From contig JBHJGN010000006.1 of the NCBI GenBank assembly GCA_050331735.1, forward strand, positions 41,856 through 105,855: DNA of 64,000 nt, written 5' to 3'. The position numbers were made by a program, and so were the translations under genes. The DNA is from Cyanophyceae cyanobacterium. Its GTDB lineage: Bacteria > Cyanobacteriota > Cyanobacteriia > Cyanobacteriales > JBHJGN01. The notes beneath the pieces are model-generated. The model saw only the letters and a list, made by a program, of their open reading frames with translations, did no database searches and was not told the origin of the DNA. Shown piece after piece: positions 1 to 9,984 of this stretch. Numbering within the stretch: position 1 is the first letter of the stretch; each line of letters starts with the position of its first letter.

Positions 1-196
1 TGCTCTAACTGCTCTAGCGACGCTTTGGCAAGAGTAGCCATCCAGGTTTGTCTCTGAGTAGTCATTGCTTTTAGTCGAGGAGAGCGTTGGTACTGGAACC
101 CCCAGAATACCCGCCACGGCGTCAAATTTCAATCAGGCTAGACAACCAAGCAAGTTAAGCTGGAACTATGCGGTTTGCCTATAGGAGGATTGAGCG

Positions 197-1687
197 ATGG
201 ATGCTGACGAGAAACGAGCCATGCTTAAAGGTGACTCTCTCACCACTGAGATTCCTGCCGCTACAGTCTGCACTATGAATATTCCTGACTTTAAGCGCTA
301 CGGCTATCAGGTCATTGAACCACTAGGACAAAATTCCGGGCAGGGACGCTTGACCTACAAAGCGCTCAATTTCCAAGGACAAACTGTCGTCATCAAGCAG
401 TTCCAGTTTGTTACCAGTACAGACTGGACAGGATACAAAGCCGTCGAGCGCGAAGTTGAAGTCTTGCAAGCGCTCAATCATCCTGGTATTCCGCGAATCT
501 TGAAAACATTCGATTCGGGAAACGGCATCTGCTTAGTTCAAGAATATAAAGATGCCTCCCCTCTATCAACCCCGCGCCGCTTAACGACGGAAGAGGTTAA
601 AAGCATTGCGATCACCGTTTTAGAAATTTTAGTCTACCTTCAACAGCAGGTTCCCCCCATTATTCATCGCGATATTAAGCCCGAGAACGTTTTAGTCGAC
701 GATCAGCTCAACGTTTACTTAATTGATTTTGGGTTCGCTCGCACGAATCACCAGCCCGGAGTAGCCCTGAGCAGTCAGGTAGCGGGAACGTTTGGTTTTA
801 TGCCACCAGAGCAGCTCTTGAATCGCCCTCTAACTCTGGCTACCGACCTCTACAGTTTGGGGGCGACGCTCATTTGTTTGCTCAGCGGCACTGCCTCAAC
901 TGAAATTGGGACTCTCATCGACAACCGTTTTCACTTCCGCTGGCAGCCTCCTGCCCACCTCAGTCGCCGATGGAGGCAGTGGCTTCAAAAGCTAGTGCAG
1001 CCGGAGCTAAAATATCGCTTCAGCGATGCTTCTGAGGCCTTAGAGGCTCTCAACGACATCGACGCTCTCGATTTGCCCCAGACTCAGATTAACTGGCTAG
1101 GAGCAGCAAAGCAAATTAAGTTTAAAGAAACCGTTGGCAATTGGAGAAGTTCTCTCCATCAAGCCTTGCTTGCCCTCAGACAATCGCCCAGGATTCTACT
1201 CCTGTGGTGGCTGGTTTGCTTTACGGTTACTGTTTTGGTTGCGGCGGTGGGAATTAGTGCCTGGGGAACGATAACAGGAGCGATCGCCGGAGTCGCTTTG
1301 GGTGCTTTACTCGGTTCAGGAGAGGAGCAATTGGGGAAAGGAGTGCTTGCGGGAGCCAGTGGCGGAGCGCTCGCGGGAGCCGCGAGCGGGGCGACGGCTA
1401 AAATTGGGGCTGGCTTGGGCATTAGTGCTGTTGGGGGAGCCGTATTGGGCTTTGCTCTTGCTAGTATTGCCATTGTCATCGCCCTTGACCTTTTGCTGAC
1501 AGAACAGCTTAAGAGCAATCTGAGCAGTTCTCTGCTGGCGATCACGACCGGGATTGGGGTTGGCATCGGCTTGAGAGCAGGAGTGAGTTACCTACTGCTG
1601 GTCCTCCTCAGCACAGTTCCCCTCGCTAGCGTTCTCATCGCCAACAGACAGCGAGCGCTAGATCCGGCTGAAATCAGCAGTGAGTAG
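197..1687 (+). CDS. Hanks-type Ser/Thr protein kinase with C-terminal Gly/Ala-rich transmembrane region
   Basis: VVIK, HRDIKPEN, DFG and GTFGFMPPE motifs; hydrophobic C-terminal third. True start may be the later Met (MNIPDF, ~275). Confidence 0.9.
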   Translation: MDADEKRAMLKGDSLTTEIPAATVCTMNIPDFKRYGYQVIEPLGQNSGQGRLTYKALNFQGQTVVIKQFQFVTSTDWTGYKAVEREVEVLQALNHPGIPRILKTFDSGNGICLVQEYKDASPLSTPRRLTTEEVKSIAITVLEILVYLQQQVPPIIHRDIKPENVLVDDQLNVYLIDFGFARTNHQPGVALSSQVAGTFGFMPPEQLLNRPLTLATDLYSLGATLICLLSGTASTEIGTLIDNRFHFRWQPPAHLSRRWRQWLQKLVQPELKYRFSDASEALEALNDIDALDLPQTQINWLGAAKQIKFKETVGNWRSSLHQALLALRQSPRILLLWWLVCFTVTVLVAAVGISAWGTITGAIAGVALGALLGSGEEQLGKGVLAGASGGALAGAASGATAKIGAGLGISAVGGAVLGFALASIAIVIALDLLLTEQLKSNLSSSLLAITTGIGVGIGLRAGVSYLLLVLLSTVPLASVLIANRQRALDPAEISSE

Positions 1688-1688
1688 G

Positions 1689-2654
1689 TTAAACTTGGTC
1701 GCAAGCGGCGATCGCCCCCAAAACTTGCTCGTGAATCAGGCCATTACTGGCGACGATGCCTCGATTCTGAGCGAGTTTAGCCCCACAAGAAAACTTGAGG
1801 GGTTGCCCGTCCAAATCCGTCACCCGTCCGCCCGCTTCTTCAACAATAATGGCTCCGGCGGCGTGGTCCCAGATGTTTTCTCGACGCGAGGAATCTTGCG
1901 GGAGAGGAATCCGCAGGTAGAGATCTGCGTCTCCTTTGGCGACTGCCCCGTACTTAGCCTGGGAGTCCATCCTCATCGGAGTGCAGCTAAGGCCCAGTTT
2001 ACGAGCAATTTCCTCCTGTCGGGGGCGATCGCTATGGGCCGATTCTACGCTTTCAATCAGCCGTACGCTATCCGAACCGCCACGCTGGGACACCTGCACT
2101 GGCTGAGACGTTCCGTTGAAAGTCATCATCGTGGTTCCCTGACCGCTAACGGCGACAAAGAGAGTTCCGATGTGCTCCTGAAACGGTAACGCCGGACAGG
2201 CTAGGACGCCGAGCTGAACCTGACCATACTCGATTAAAGCTAAGGCGATCGCATACTGGTCGCCGCGAATGAATCCTTTCGTGCCGTCGATGGGGTCCAA
2301 AGTCCAGTAGCGAGCAGCCGTTTGTCCCTTGCCGCGATCAATCCACTCTGTCAGCAGGTCTGGAGTCGTCTGCGGAACTGTTTGTCTCACTCGCTCAGTA
2401 ATCTGTTCTAAAATCCCCCGATTGCTAGGCTGACGGAGCATTTGAGCATCCTCCTCGGCCACAATTGAATCGTCAGCAAACGCGGCGGATAAAGTTTGGC
2501 AGACAATGGCTTGAGAGCCTAAATCCGCTAACGTCACCGGCGACTGGTCCGCTTTAGCGAACGCTTGAAAACTTCCTTGACGGATCTGCTGGCACAGGCG
2601 AGCAGCAGCGGTAACGGCGGCGATCGCCACTTGTTGTTCTTTGAGATGCGGCAT
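1689..2654 (-). CDS. 3'(2'),5'-bisphosphate nucleotidase (HAL2/CysQ, inositol monophosphatase superfamily)
   Basis: KADQSPVTLAD, EED, DPIDGTKGF, DSQAKY and WDHAAG motifs. Confidence 0.92.
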   Translation of the reverse strand: MPHLKEQQVAIAAVTAAARLCQQIRQGSFQAFAKADQSPVTLADLGSQAIVCQTLSAAFADDSIVAEEDAQMLRQPSNRGILEQITERVRQTVPQTTPDLLTEWIDRGKGQTAARYWTLDPIDGTKGFIRGDQYAIALALIEYGQVQLGVLACPALPFQEHIGTLFVAVSGQGTTMMTFNGTSQPVQVSQRGGSDSVRLIESVESAHSDRPRQEEIARKLGLSCTPMRMDSQAKYGAVAKGDADLYLRIPLPQDSSRRENIWDHAAGAIIVEEAGGRVTDLDGQPLKFSCGAKLAQNRGIVASNGLIHEQVLGAIAACDQV

Positions 2655-2867
2655 TAGGTTTGGAGACGGAAGATACTTTATGTTTGTACTCTCGGCAGGA
2701 GCTAAAAGTCAAACTCACAGAGCTCATAAGCACTACTCGGACCCTTTACTCGCCCCGAGATCAGCTAAAGTCTATCCAAATTAGTTTTTTCGACGAGGAT
2801 TTATGGACTAAATACCTCGGAAAGCACACTCATTGTACAAGTCCTTGTTCACATCGGCCAATTTCAG

Positions 2868-3052
2868 ACTACTGATTGCAGGATGCTTTGGGTTAACCAC
2901 GATTACCTCCTCTAAACCCGCCGGTATGGCTCCACTAGGTACGCGTAAACATAAGCTAGTAGCTCTTGTTAGCCAGTGACTACCGATTTTTTGAGTGCTG
3001 GCTGGATAAGGATACTTGGCCCAGTCTTTGCAGCATCCTGAGACATAACGGA
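2868..3052 (+). ncRNA. ssrS: 6S RNA (SsaA/SsrS); ends approximate
   Basis: Closing stem CAGGATGCT (2879-2887) / AGCATCCTG (3032-3040), inner pairing TTGGGTTAA / TTGGCCCAG, ~180 nt rod-like layout, and terminal motifs GATG...GCAGCATC resembling the E. coli 6S closing stem. Confidence 0.78.
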
Positions 3053-3207
3053 GTGTTGAATCTCATTGGCGGAGCTTATTTTAGTCGTGCCTGATGCTAG
3101 AGATGATAAACTGTTAGCTGAGGAAAACCTGTAGAACGGTGTGCTAAACCTAACGATTCAGAATCTACAGGAATGTTTGAGTCAACAGCTTGCTTTTCTA
3201 ATCACCG

Positions 3208-3816
3208 ATGCGCTCTTTTTGGACTGAACCGTTTTTATGGATTCATTTAGCAGGAATAGCCGTCTTGCCGCTGACTTTGCAGGCGACATGGCTTGGGTTA
3301 GCGGTGGGTGAACCGATTCCTTTCTTCTGGCTTGAGTTCCTTCTGCTCGCCGCAGTTGGCATCGTTCCGATCACGCTAATGCAGCTTCGCCGTCCGTTCG
3401 ATATTTTTAGCCTGCTGCTTGTTGCCGTCAGACCAGAAGCATTAACTCCTCGTCAGCAACAGATTTTGAGTTTGTTTACAGCCGGAAAGCAGCGCCTGCT
3501 AACGGCAGTGGGAGTGTTGATTATGCTGGTGATTCTCTGGCAAATCTATCGAGTTGCTCCCCTAGCCGCCGTTGCTGCCTCTAGTCTTCCCCAAGTCAGG
3601 CTGCTGGGTCTAATGATTGCTGCCGTAGCCTTTCTGTTGAGTAATTTATTTATTCAGGTTCCCCTAAGCGTTTTGGGTGTATTGTTGACCGGGGAACAGG
3701 TCTTTGCTGCTGCTGAACCGTTATCCCCAGACCAGATTCGCCAGAAGTTTATCATTCCTGGTTTTCGAGTGAATCGAATTTTGCCAGCCTCGGTAACAAA
3801 CTCCACAGAAAGCTAG
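3208..3816 (+). CDS. Cyanobacterial 'low-complexity tail' membrane protein
   Basis: N-terminal FWTEPFLWIHLAG and RRPFDIFSLL motifs, several hydrophobic segments. Confidence 0.75.
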   Translation: MRSFWTEPFLWIHLAGIAVLPLTLQATWLGLAVGEPIPFFWLEFLLLAAVGIVPITLMQLRRPFDIFSLLLVAVRPEALTPRQQQILSLFTAGKQRLLTAVGVLIMLVILWQIYRVAPLAAVAASSLPQVRLLGLMIAAVAFLLSNLFIQVPLSVLGVLLTGEQVFAAAEPLSPDQIRQKFIIPGFRVNRILPASVTNSTES

Positions 3817-3866
3817 CGGCGAACAAGGTACATTAAAATGAAACAGTCACTGAAGAGAAGCAATTA

Positions 3867-4049
3867 ATGACTAGTTCACTTCTGTCCTCGAATGAGGCAT
3901 CGGTATGGGAAAGCTTGAAGCAGGCGATTGCCCAAAGCTCTGGTTTTCAGCGCTGGCAGCAGAACAACGCCGCTCAGATTCAGCAAACGAGCTTAGATGC
4001 TCAGGTGCGTCTCTATCTGCAGGAAACTCTTAAAACTCTAGCTTACTAA
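3867..4049 (+). CDS. Small conserved cyanobacterial hypothetical protein
   Basis: WESLKQAIAQSSGFQRWQ ... VRLYLQETLKTLAY pattern typical of a small cyanobacterial family. Confidence 0.75.
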   Translation: MTSSLLSSNEASVWESLKQAIAQSSGFQRWQQNNAAQIQQTSLDAQVRLYLQETLKTLAY

Positions 4050-4594
4050 AGCTTAAGCTCAACTCCAGCATCGGCAAGAATCCCTAAGAATTTATCAAGC
4101 TGAGTGTAGGTTTCGACCAGGCGATCGCCCTCAACATGGACATCCTCAGTAGGGTAGTTTTCTAGCACTTCCAGCAAAGTAATATTACCGTCAGGTAGGG
4201 CAGAACTGACGAGGGCAGCCCGTAAAGACTGCTGACTAGCGCTTTGGGTGGGGGTGTGAATTACTTTACTCACCTGGTCAAGCAGCAGTTCTCCAGGAAG
4301 GGTGTTGAGTCCTCTCGATAGCGGAACAGGCTCGATTTCTATTTCCCGCGTCAGTACGCTACGAAGTTCTTCGGGTTCGGTGTTCGCCATTTTTAGGTAA
4401 GCTTCTAAAGAAGAAGACAGTTCACCCGTCTCGACAAAAGTACTTAGCTCAGGAACAGACACAGATTCTCTGATAAAACCGTACTTAAGCACAACAGACT
4501 CGGCTGCCTCTGTTGGATAAGCAGGCAGAACGGCAGCGGCGGTTAATCCAAGCCCGAGCTGGGTGAATCCGTGTCCGAGCGATTGTTTGTTCAT
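4046..4594 (-). CDS. DUF1400-type exported protein (annotated alpha/beta hydrolase family)
   Basis: Signal-like N-terminus then AAESVVLKYG...SVPELSTFVETGE...LRAALVSSA...ITLLEVLENYP. Confidence 0.8.
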   Translation of the reverse strand: MNKQSLGHGFTQLGLGLTAAAVLPAYPTEAAESVVLKYGFIRESVSVPELSTFVETGELSSSLEAYLKMANTEPEELRSVLTREIEIEPVPLSRGLNTLPGELLLDQVSKVIHTPTQSASQQSLRAALVSSALPDGNITLLEVLENYPTEDVHVEGDRLVETYTQLDKFLGILADAGVELKL

Positions 4595-4725
4595 GCCATT
4601 GCCTCTTTCTCTCCATAATAATGAAGCTGACTCAATTCGGTCGATTTTAGTTTCGCCTCGCCCTTAGCAAACCGTTTAATCACAAAAAGCTAAACTGGAA
4701 GAGAAAAGTTATTGAGGCAGGTGCA

Positions 4726-6024
4726 GTGCTCAACCCGGCGATCGCAAAGTCAGTAGAGCAGCTTAGCTATCGAGTGACCGTTGGCGACGTTGCTGCTCAA
4801 GCCGGACTCGACGTTAATATTGCCCAGCAAGGATTACTTGCCCTAGCGTCAGAGGCAGGCGGACATTTACAGGTAGCAGAGACGGGGGAAATTGTCTATT
4901 TGTTTCCCCGAAACTTTCGGTCAATTCTGCGTAATAAATACTGGCGCATCCGCTTGAGGGAATGGTGGGATAGAGTCTGGCGGGTTTTGTTCTACATCAT
5001 TCGCGTTTCCTTTGGCATTGTTCTGATCGCTTCTATCCTCATTATGGTGGTGGCGATCGCCGCAATTTTCATCGCCATGAATTCCAGCCGCGATAGTGAC
5101 AATCGCAGTGACTACGGTGGCAGAAGCTATGGCGGTGGCGGATTCTTCTTCCTGCCTCGTTTCTGGCTAGGACCGGAGCTTTTCTGGTTCTTCTCGCCGA
5201 ACTACGGCACTCAGCGCCAACGTCGCCGTTCGGCGCCTAGTAGTCAGATGAATTTCTTTGAAGCCATTTTCTCGTTTCTGTTTGGGGATGGCAATCCCAA
5301 TCTAGACTTGGAAGAGCGGCGCTGGCAAGAAATCGGCACCGTGATTCGCAACAGTGGCGGTGCGGTTGTGGCTGAACAGATTGCTCCTTACCTAGACATC
5401 AACAACGCTGAGGATGAGGACTATATTCTACCAGTGCTGAGCCGCTTCAACGGGTATCCGGAAGTATCTCCGAGGGGCGAAATTGTTTACTACTTTCCAG
5501 AACTCCAGGTTAGCGCTAATCGACGGCGTTCCCAACCGGTGTCTGCTTACCTGCGAGAGCAGACCTGGCGCTTTAGTCAAGCCGGAAGCAATCAAATTAC
5601 GTTAGCGGTGGGATTAGGAGCAGCCAACTTCATTTTGGCTCTTGTCCTTGGTTCTCTGTTGCGCGACGGCACAGTAGCCCAGTTAGGCGGATTTTTTGCC
5701 CTGGTTGCTTCCCTCTACTGGCTGTTGCTCGGATACGGAACGGCTTTTCTCGTCATTCCCCTTGTCCGCTACTTTTGGATTCAGGGTCAGAACAGCAGAA
5801 TCGAGGCGCGCAACCACAAGCGGCAAGCGAGGGCAGTAGCCCTCAATGAAGCCGATACCGCACTACGGCGGAAGATTAACTATGCCCGTCAATTTGCCAG
5901 TGAGAAGGTAATTGGAGCAGAAGATATTACTTATTCAACGGAGACTGATCTAATCGATCAGGAGTTAGAGAACTCCGATAAAATCGATGCAGAATGGCGA
6001 CGGCGATTAGAATCGGGGTCTTAG
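4726..6024 (+). CDS. Conserved cyanobacterial/plastid membrane protein of unknown function
   Basis: RVTVGDVAAQAG, FSFLFGDGNPN and FNGYPEVS..G.IVYYFPELQ motifs; three TM segments. Confidence 0.8.
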   Translation: MLNPAIAKSVEQLSYRVTVGDVAAQAGLDVNIAQQGLLALASEAGGHLQVAETGEIVYLFPRNFRSILRNKYWRIRLREWWDRVWRVLFYIIRVSFGIVLIASILIMVVAIAAIFIAMNSSRDSDNRSDYGGRSYGGGGFFFLPRFWLGPELFWFFSPNYGTQRQRRRSAPSSQMNFFEAIFSFLFGDGNPNLDLEERRWQEIGTVIRNSGGAVVAEQIAPYLDINNAEDEDYILPVLSRFNGYPEVSPRGEIVYYFPELQVSANRRRSQPVSAYLREQTWRFSQAGSNQITLAVGLGAANFILALVLGSLLRDGTVAQLGGFFALVASLYWLLLGYGTAFLVIPLVRYFWIQGQNSRIEARNHKRQARAVALNEADTALRRKINYARQFASEKVIGAEDITYSTETDLIDQELENSDKIDAEWRRRLESGS

Positions 6025-6067
6025 TATGAGCCGCAATCGGGATTAAATAATCGGGACAGATTAGTAG

Positions 6068-6825
6068 ATGCCTCAACAAGCAAGTATTCAACCGAACCAA
6101 TCCTACACGTTTAGCCACTATTTTGAACTTCAAGCCGACCCTGAAGCTTTACTCAGCTACTTCGACTATTCGTTTGCCAAAATCTTTTTAGAGCTTCCCA
6201 AGGAAACTTTCGATCGAGAGGAGGCAAGTAAGCTCAAACGCAAAATAATCGAGCGCTTGCCGAAGATCTTCTTTAGTGCAGAGACAGCCAGACGAGAAGT
6301 GCTGGTGTCTCCAGTTATTCTGTCGCTCATCGATTAGCTAGATATTCGCGTGAAGATTGAATACCCGCTCAGGGTGAGCGATCAACTCAAAGGAGTCTTA
6401 GACTATTACATTAGCTCTCATCACCACTTATTGTACCAATTAGAAAAAGTAATAGGAGACTTGATGAGTTGGGGGAAAGGGGAAGGGGTAAAGGGGAAAG
6501 GGAAGCACAGCAGCTCTTTCCCCTTGAACCTCCAATTCTTGGTGCGTTTGGGAACTATCTGACTCCTTTCGGTAAATGGTATTAGTCATTGAAGCGAAGC
6601 GAGAAGATTTAGACAACGGTTTCAATCAACTCGCTGTAGAGCTTATTGCCCTTCAGCAGTGGCTAGAAACAGACCAAGTTATCTATGGCGCTCTCACCAC
6701 CGGAACAATTTGGCAGTTTGCCATTCTCAACCCGTAACACAACAGATTGTTCAGGATTTGCAGCTTTACCGAGTTCCGGCAGATTTAGAAGAATTGTTTA
6801 GCATTCTAGTCGGCATTCTCAAGTA
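6068..6825 (+). pseudogene. Degraded PD-(D/E)XK (HsdR_N-like) hypothetical protein with in-frame stop, MITE insertion and 3' frameshift
   Basis: Reads ...ETARREVLVSPVILSLID*LDIRVKIEYPL...GVLDYYISSHHHLL [148-bp insert] LVIEAKREDLDNGFNQLAVELIAL...IYGALTTGTIWQFAILNP / (frameshift) QQIVQDLQLYRVPADLEELFSILVGILK*. Confidence 0.85.
6434..6581. mobile_element. 148-bp non-autonomous MITE-like insertion with imperfect TIRs and G-rich heptamer core
   Basis: Left end TACCAATTAGAAAAAG vs right end reverse complement TACCATTTACCGAAAG; removing 6434-6581 restores the host reading frame; flanked by TTG / TTA. Confidence 0.8.
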
Positions 6826-6927
6826 GAGAATTAATTTGCCATTCAATTTACTGGAAACTAAAACAGTCTCAGTTTTCCTCATCAACCGATGGTCGAAATC
6901 CCTTTCCCCCTTCGCCCTTTCCCCGAT

Positions 6928-8703
6928 TTAATACCCCAATGTTAAAGCCCCCGTGCGGCGAGGATCGGAAGCGCCATACGGGACGCCATCAACCCTCATC
7001 ACGCTCTGGGTACTGCCCATGGCGTTCCCAACCTCTACTTCATGTCCTTTAAGGGTGAGTAACTCAACAGTGTCAGCGTTTAAGCCCTGCTCAATTCTAA
7101 GCTGGTCGGGGAACCACTGATGATGAATGCGTACTGCATTGGTAGCGGCGGCAATGTTCATCCCGTGATCGATGACGTTGAGCAGAATCTGCAACGTGGT
7201 GGTAATGATCCGACTGCCTCCCGGACTTCCCGTAACCAGAAACGGTTTGTCGTCTTTCATCACGATGGTGGGGGTCATGGAGCTGAGCATCCTTTTTTCC
7301 GGCTCAATCACGTTGGCTTCTCCCCCAACTAAACCGTAGGCATTCGCGACTCCTGGCTTGGCAGTAAAGTCATCCATTTCGTTGTTAAGCAAAATGCCAG
7401 TTCCGGGAACGGTAATGCCGGTTCCATAGCTAAAATTGAGGGTGTAGGTATTGGCAACGGCGTTTCCCTCGCTATCGATCACCGAGTAGTGGGTCGTATC
7501 GTTACTCTCTAGTCGGTCAGTGCCTCCAGGCAGAATCTGCTGACTGGGTGTAGCCATTTCTAGATCAATTCTGTCTCTAATCTGCTCGGCATACTGGGGA
7601 GAAATCAGGCGAGCCACAGGAACGTCAACAAAATCGGTATCGCCTAGAAACTTAAAACGGTCAGCGTAGGCTAACTTCATGCTTTCTACCATCAGATGAA
7701 TGGTTTGAGCCGTATTGTGTCCCAAAGAACCAAGGGGAAATTTCTCAAGGAGATTGAGAATCTGCACCAGATGAATGCCCCCAGAACTCGGTGGCGGCAT
7801 TGAATACACCTCATAGCCGCGATAGGAACCGCGAATCGGTTCCCGCACGACGGGTTCATAATCGGCTAAGTCTTCCTGGGTAATTAAGCCTCCGTTCGCC
7901 TCCATTTCAGTCGAAATAGCTTCAGCGATCGCTCCTTGATAAAACGCCGACTTTCCCTCTTCGGCAATCAGCTTTAAGCTGTTGGCTAAGTCTTCCTGAA
8001 CTAGAATATCCCCGACTTCGTAGGGCACTCCGTCGTTATAGAAGATTTCTTGACTAGCCGGATAGGGTTGCATCTTCTCTTGGGCAGCTACCAGGGAACT
8101 GTAGAGATCTTCATCCACCGGAAACCCCTCTTCAGCTAAGGCGATCGCTGGCTGCAAGGCTCGCTCCAGCGAAATCGTTCCGTACTCTTCGAGGGCCAGC
8201 ACCATGCCAGCAACGGTTCCAGGAACGCCAACGGCGAGGTGACTAAATTGCGATTTCTGCGGATCGGCCTCTCCCTCCTCGTCGAGAAACATATCCCGCG
8301 TGGCCGCTTTTGGCGCTTTCTCTCGATAATCGATGGCAACGGTTTCTCCCGTCTCGGCTAGATGCACCATCATAAAGCCGCCGCCGCCGAGGTTACCAGC
8401 GCGGGGTAACGTCACCGCCATTGTAAATCCAATCGTGACAGCAGCATCGATGGCATTGCCTCCCTCTTTCAACACGTCTAACCCGGACTGAGTAGCGTAC
8501 TTTTCCTGAGAGGCTACCATCCCGTTCTGGGCAATTACCGGATGGAAAATATCCTCCGAGCTGTAAATAGGGGGTTCTTGGGCGGTGGCGCTAGCCGTGA
8601 AGAGGAGGGAGACGGCGATAAACAAGCTTTTTCCTTGCTGCTTCAATAAAGATAAGCATTGGAATCGAGCTGATGAGTGTTGAAAGGGACTCCTTACTGC
8701 CAT
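6928..8703 (-). CDS. ggt: Gamma-glutamyltransferase (exported)
   Basis: GGNAIDAA, IDYREKAP, catalytic Thr motif DTTHYS, LNNEMDDF, GSPGGSRI, ASDPRR; signal peptide. Confidence 0.96.
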   Translation of the reverse strand: MAVRSPFQHSSARFQCLSLLKQQGKSLFIAVSLLFTASATAQEPPIYSSEDIFHPVIAQNGMVASQEKYATQSGLDVLKEGGNAIDAAVTIGFTMAVTLPRAGNLGGGGFMMVHLAETGETVAIDYREKAPKAATRDMFLDEEGEADPQKSQFSHLAVGVPGTVAGMVLALEEYGTISLERALQPAIALAEEGFPVDEDLYSSLVAAQEKMQPYPASQEIFYNDGVPYEVGDILVQEDLANSLKLIAEEGKSAFYQGAIAEAISTEMEANGGLITQEDLADYEPVVREPIRGSYRGYEVYSMPPPSSGGIHLVQILNLLEKFPLGSLGHNTAQTIHLMVESMKLAYADRFKFLGDTDFVDVPVARLISPQYAEQIRDRIDLEMATPSQQILPGGTDRLESNDTTHYSVIDSEGNAVANTYTLNFSYGTGITVPGTGILLNNEMDDFTAKPGVANAYGLVGGEANVIEPEKRMLSSMTPTIVMKDDKPFLVTGSPGGSRIITTTLQILLNVIDHGMNIAAATNAVRIHHQWFPDQLRIEQGLNADTVELLTLKGHEVEVGNAMGSTQSVMRVDGVPYGASDPRRTGALTLGY

Positions 8704-9122
8704 TACTTTCTTAAAAAGATGCTGTTGTTAAAGAGCATCTTACAGGGAAACGAGAAATCTTAACAAACTTTGTATCTGTCAACAACTCGTAACACCTTCC
8801 TCATTTTAAGAAGAGTAAAATAGAAATAAAAACAGTAACATTCAAAACTTTTTGCAAGATTCGTCATGACATCAGTGCGAACACTTTCTTAGGCAACGAA
8901 TTAATTGAACAAAGTTTCTTAACCAGTAGCTCTTGATTTTTAGCGATTGCCAATATAAATCTTATTCTTCTGCCAGATAATAGCTAGCGGTTAACGAGCT
9001 TTCAATCAGTTTTAAAAAGTTTTGAGAACTAATTGAGTAGAGTCAAGCAATAACATTCTAATTACTCTTTTTTGATTTGTTGATCTGCTTGACTCAAAAG
9101 CCTTAAATAAGGAGAAAAACCG

Positions 9123-9656
9123 ATGAACACTCACGAACTTTTGAGTCGGTATGCCGCTCAAGAATTAGATTTTGCAGAGGTTAGTCTGCATGAAGCGAGG
9201 CTTGAAGGAGCTAGTCTAAGCAGAATTAATTTAACTAGAGCTGACTTAAGTAGTGCCGATTTTAGACGAGCGGACCTGAGTGGTGCCTGTTTGCAGCAGG
9301 CCAATCTAACAGATGCCGATTTAGGGGAAGCTAATCTAGTCGGAGCTAATTTAATTGAAATTAATTTAATTGGTGCGGAGTTGAATCAGGCTAATTTGAG
9401 GTGTGCAGACTTAAGTGGAGCAGACTTACGCTGTGCTAACCTCCAGGGAGCCAATTTGAGCGGAGCCAATCTCACCGATGTGGATGTGAATGGTGCTGAC
9501 TTGAGCGGCGCTGATTTAACCAACGCTAAACTAGGAGGCACAGATTTAAGCGTGGCTCATTTAGAAGGGGCAGATCTGACGGGAAGCACCGCTGATGAAA
9601 GAGACAGAAGACAAGTCGGTACCTCGCATCGCTGGGTAACTTGGGCTGGTCAATAA
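9123..9656 (+). CDS. Pentapeptide repeat protein
   Basis: Tandem A(D/N)LxG repeats; AAGGAG RBS upstream. Confidence 0.93.
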   Translation: MNTHELLSRYAAQELDFAEVSLHEARLEGASLSRINLTRADLSSADFRRADLSGACLQQANLTDADLGEANLVGANLIEINLIGAELNQANLRCADLSGADLRCANLQGANLSGANLTDVDVNGADLSGADLTNAKLGGTDLSVAHLEGADLTGSTADERDRRQVGTSHRWVTWAGQ

Positions 9657-9902
9657 TTGATGTAGAGTTCAGATAGTCTAACTATTAGGGAATATACGCT
9701 AGATTGTGCTCCTTATCTAGTAGGAGGCGATCTCTTTACCTGCGCCTTAGCACTTTTTCGCAACCCAGAGCTAGGCTTTTTACCGTTACCTTCCTCAAGG
9801 AGGATGACTGACCCCAAGACAACTCATCAAGATAGATGTCTACCTTAAATTGTCAGCAAGGCTCTTGAGCTATCCTAAGTCGAGCTACTGTTGTCGGCTC
9901 TA

Positions 9903-9984
9903 TGGGCAGAGTCGGACTCGAACCGACATGACCGAAGCCGCCACATTTTGAGTGTGGTGCGTCTACCAATTTCGCCATCCGCCC
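9903..9984 (-). tRNA. trnL-CAA: tRNA-Leu (anticodon CAA), no intron, CCA not encoded
   Basis: Reverse complement GGGCGGATGGCGAAATTGGTAGACGCACCACACTCAAAATGTGGCGGCTTCGGTCATGTCGGTTCGAGTCCGACTCTGCCCA folds as a class II cloverleaf with CTCAAAA anticodon loop and GGTTCGAGTCC T-arm. Confidence 0.97.

Noticed and set aside
1159..2189. ORFs 1159-1566(-), 1302-1499(+), 1680-2189(+) and similar ORFs overlapping ggt, ctpA, glcF, the ABC ATPase, GMC, pheT and wza
   Set aside because: Antisense or alternate-frame shadows of well-supported genes with no recognisable motifs
2660..2875. 71-aa ORF upstream of the 6S RNA
   Set aside because: TTG start, no motifs; the region is better explained as divergent promoter DNA
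9903..9984. Group I intron or integrated element at tRNA-Leu
   Set aside because: The intron-bearing cyanobacterial tRNA is Leu(UAA); this one is CAA and uninterrupted. No integrase or duplicated tRNA 3' end was seen
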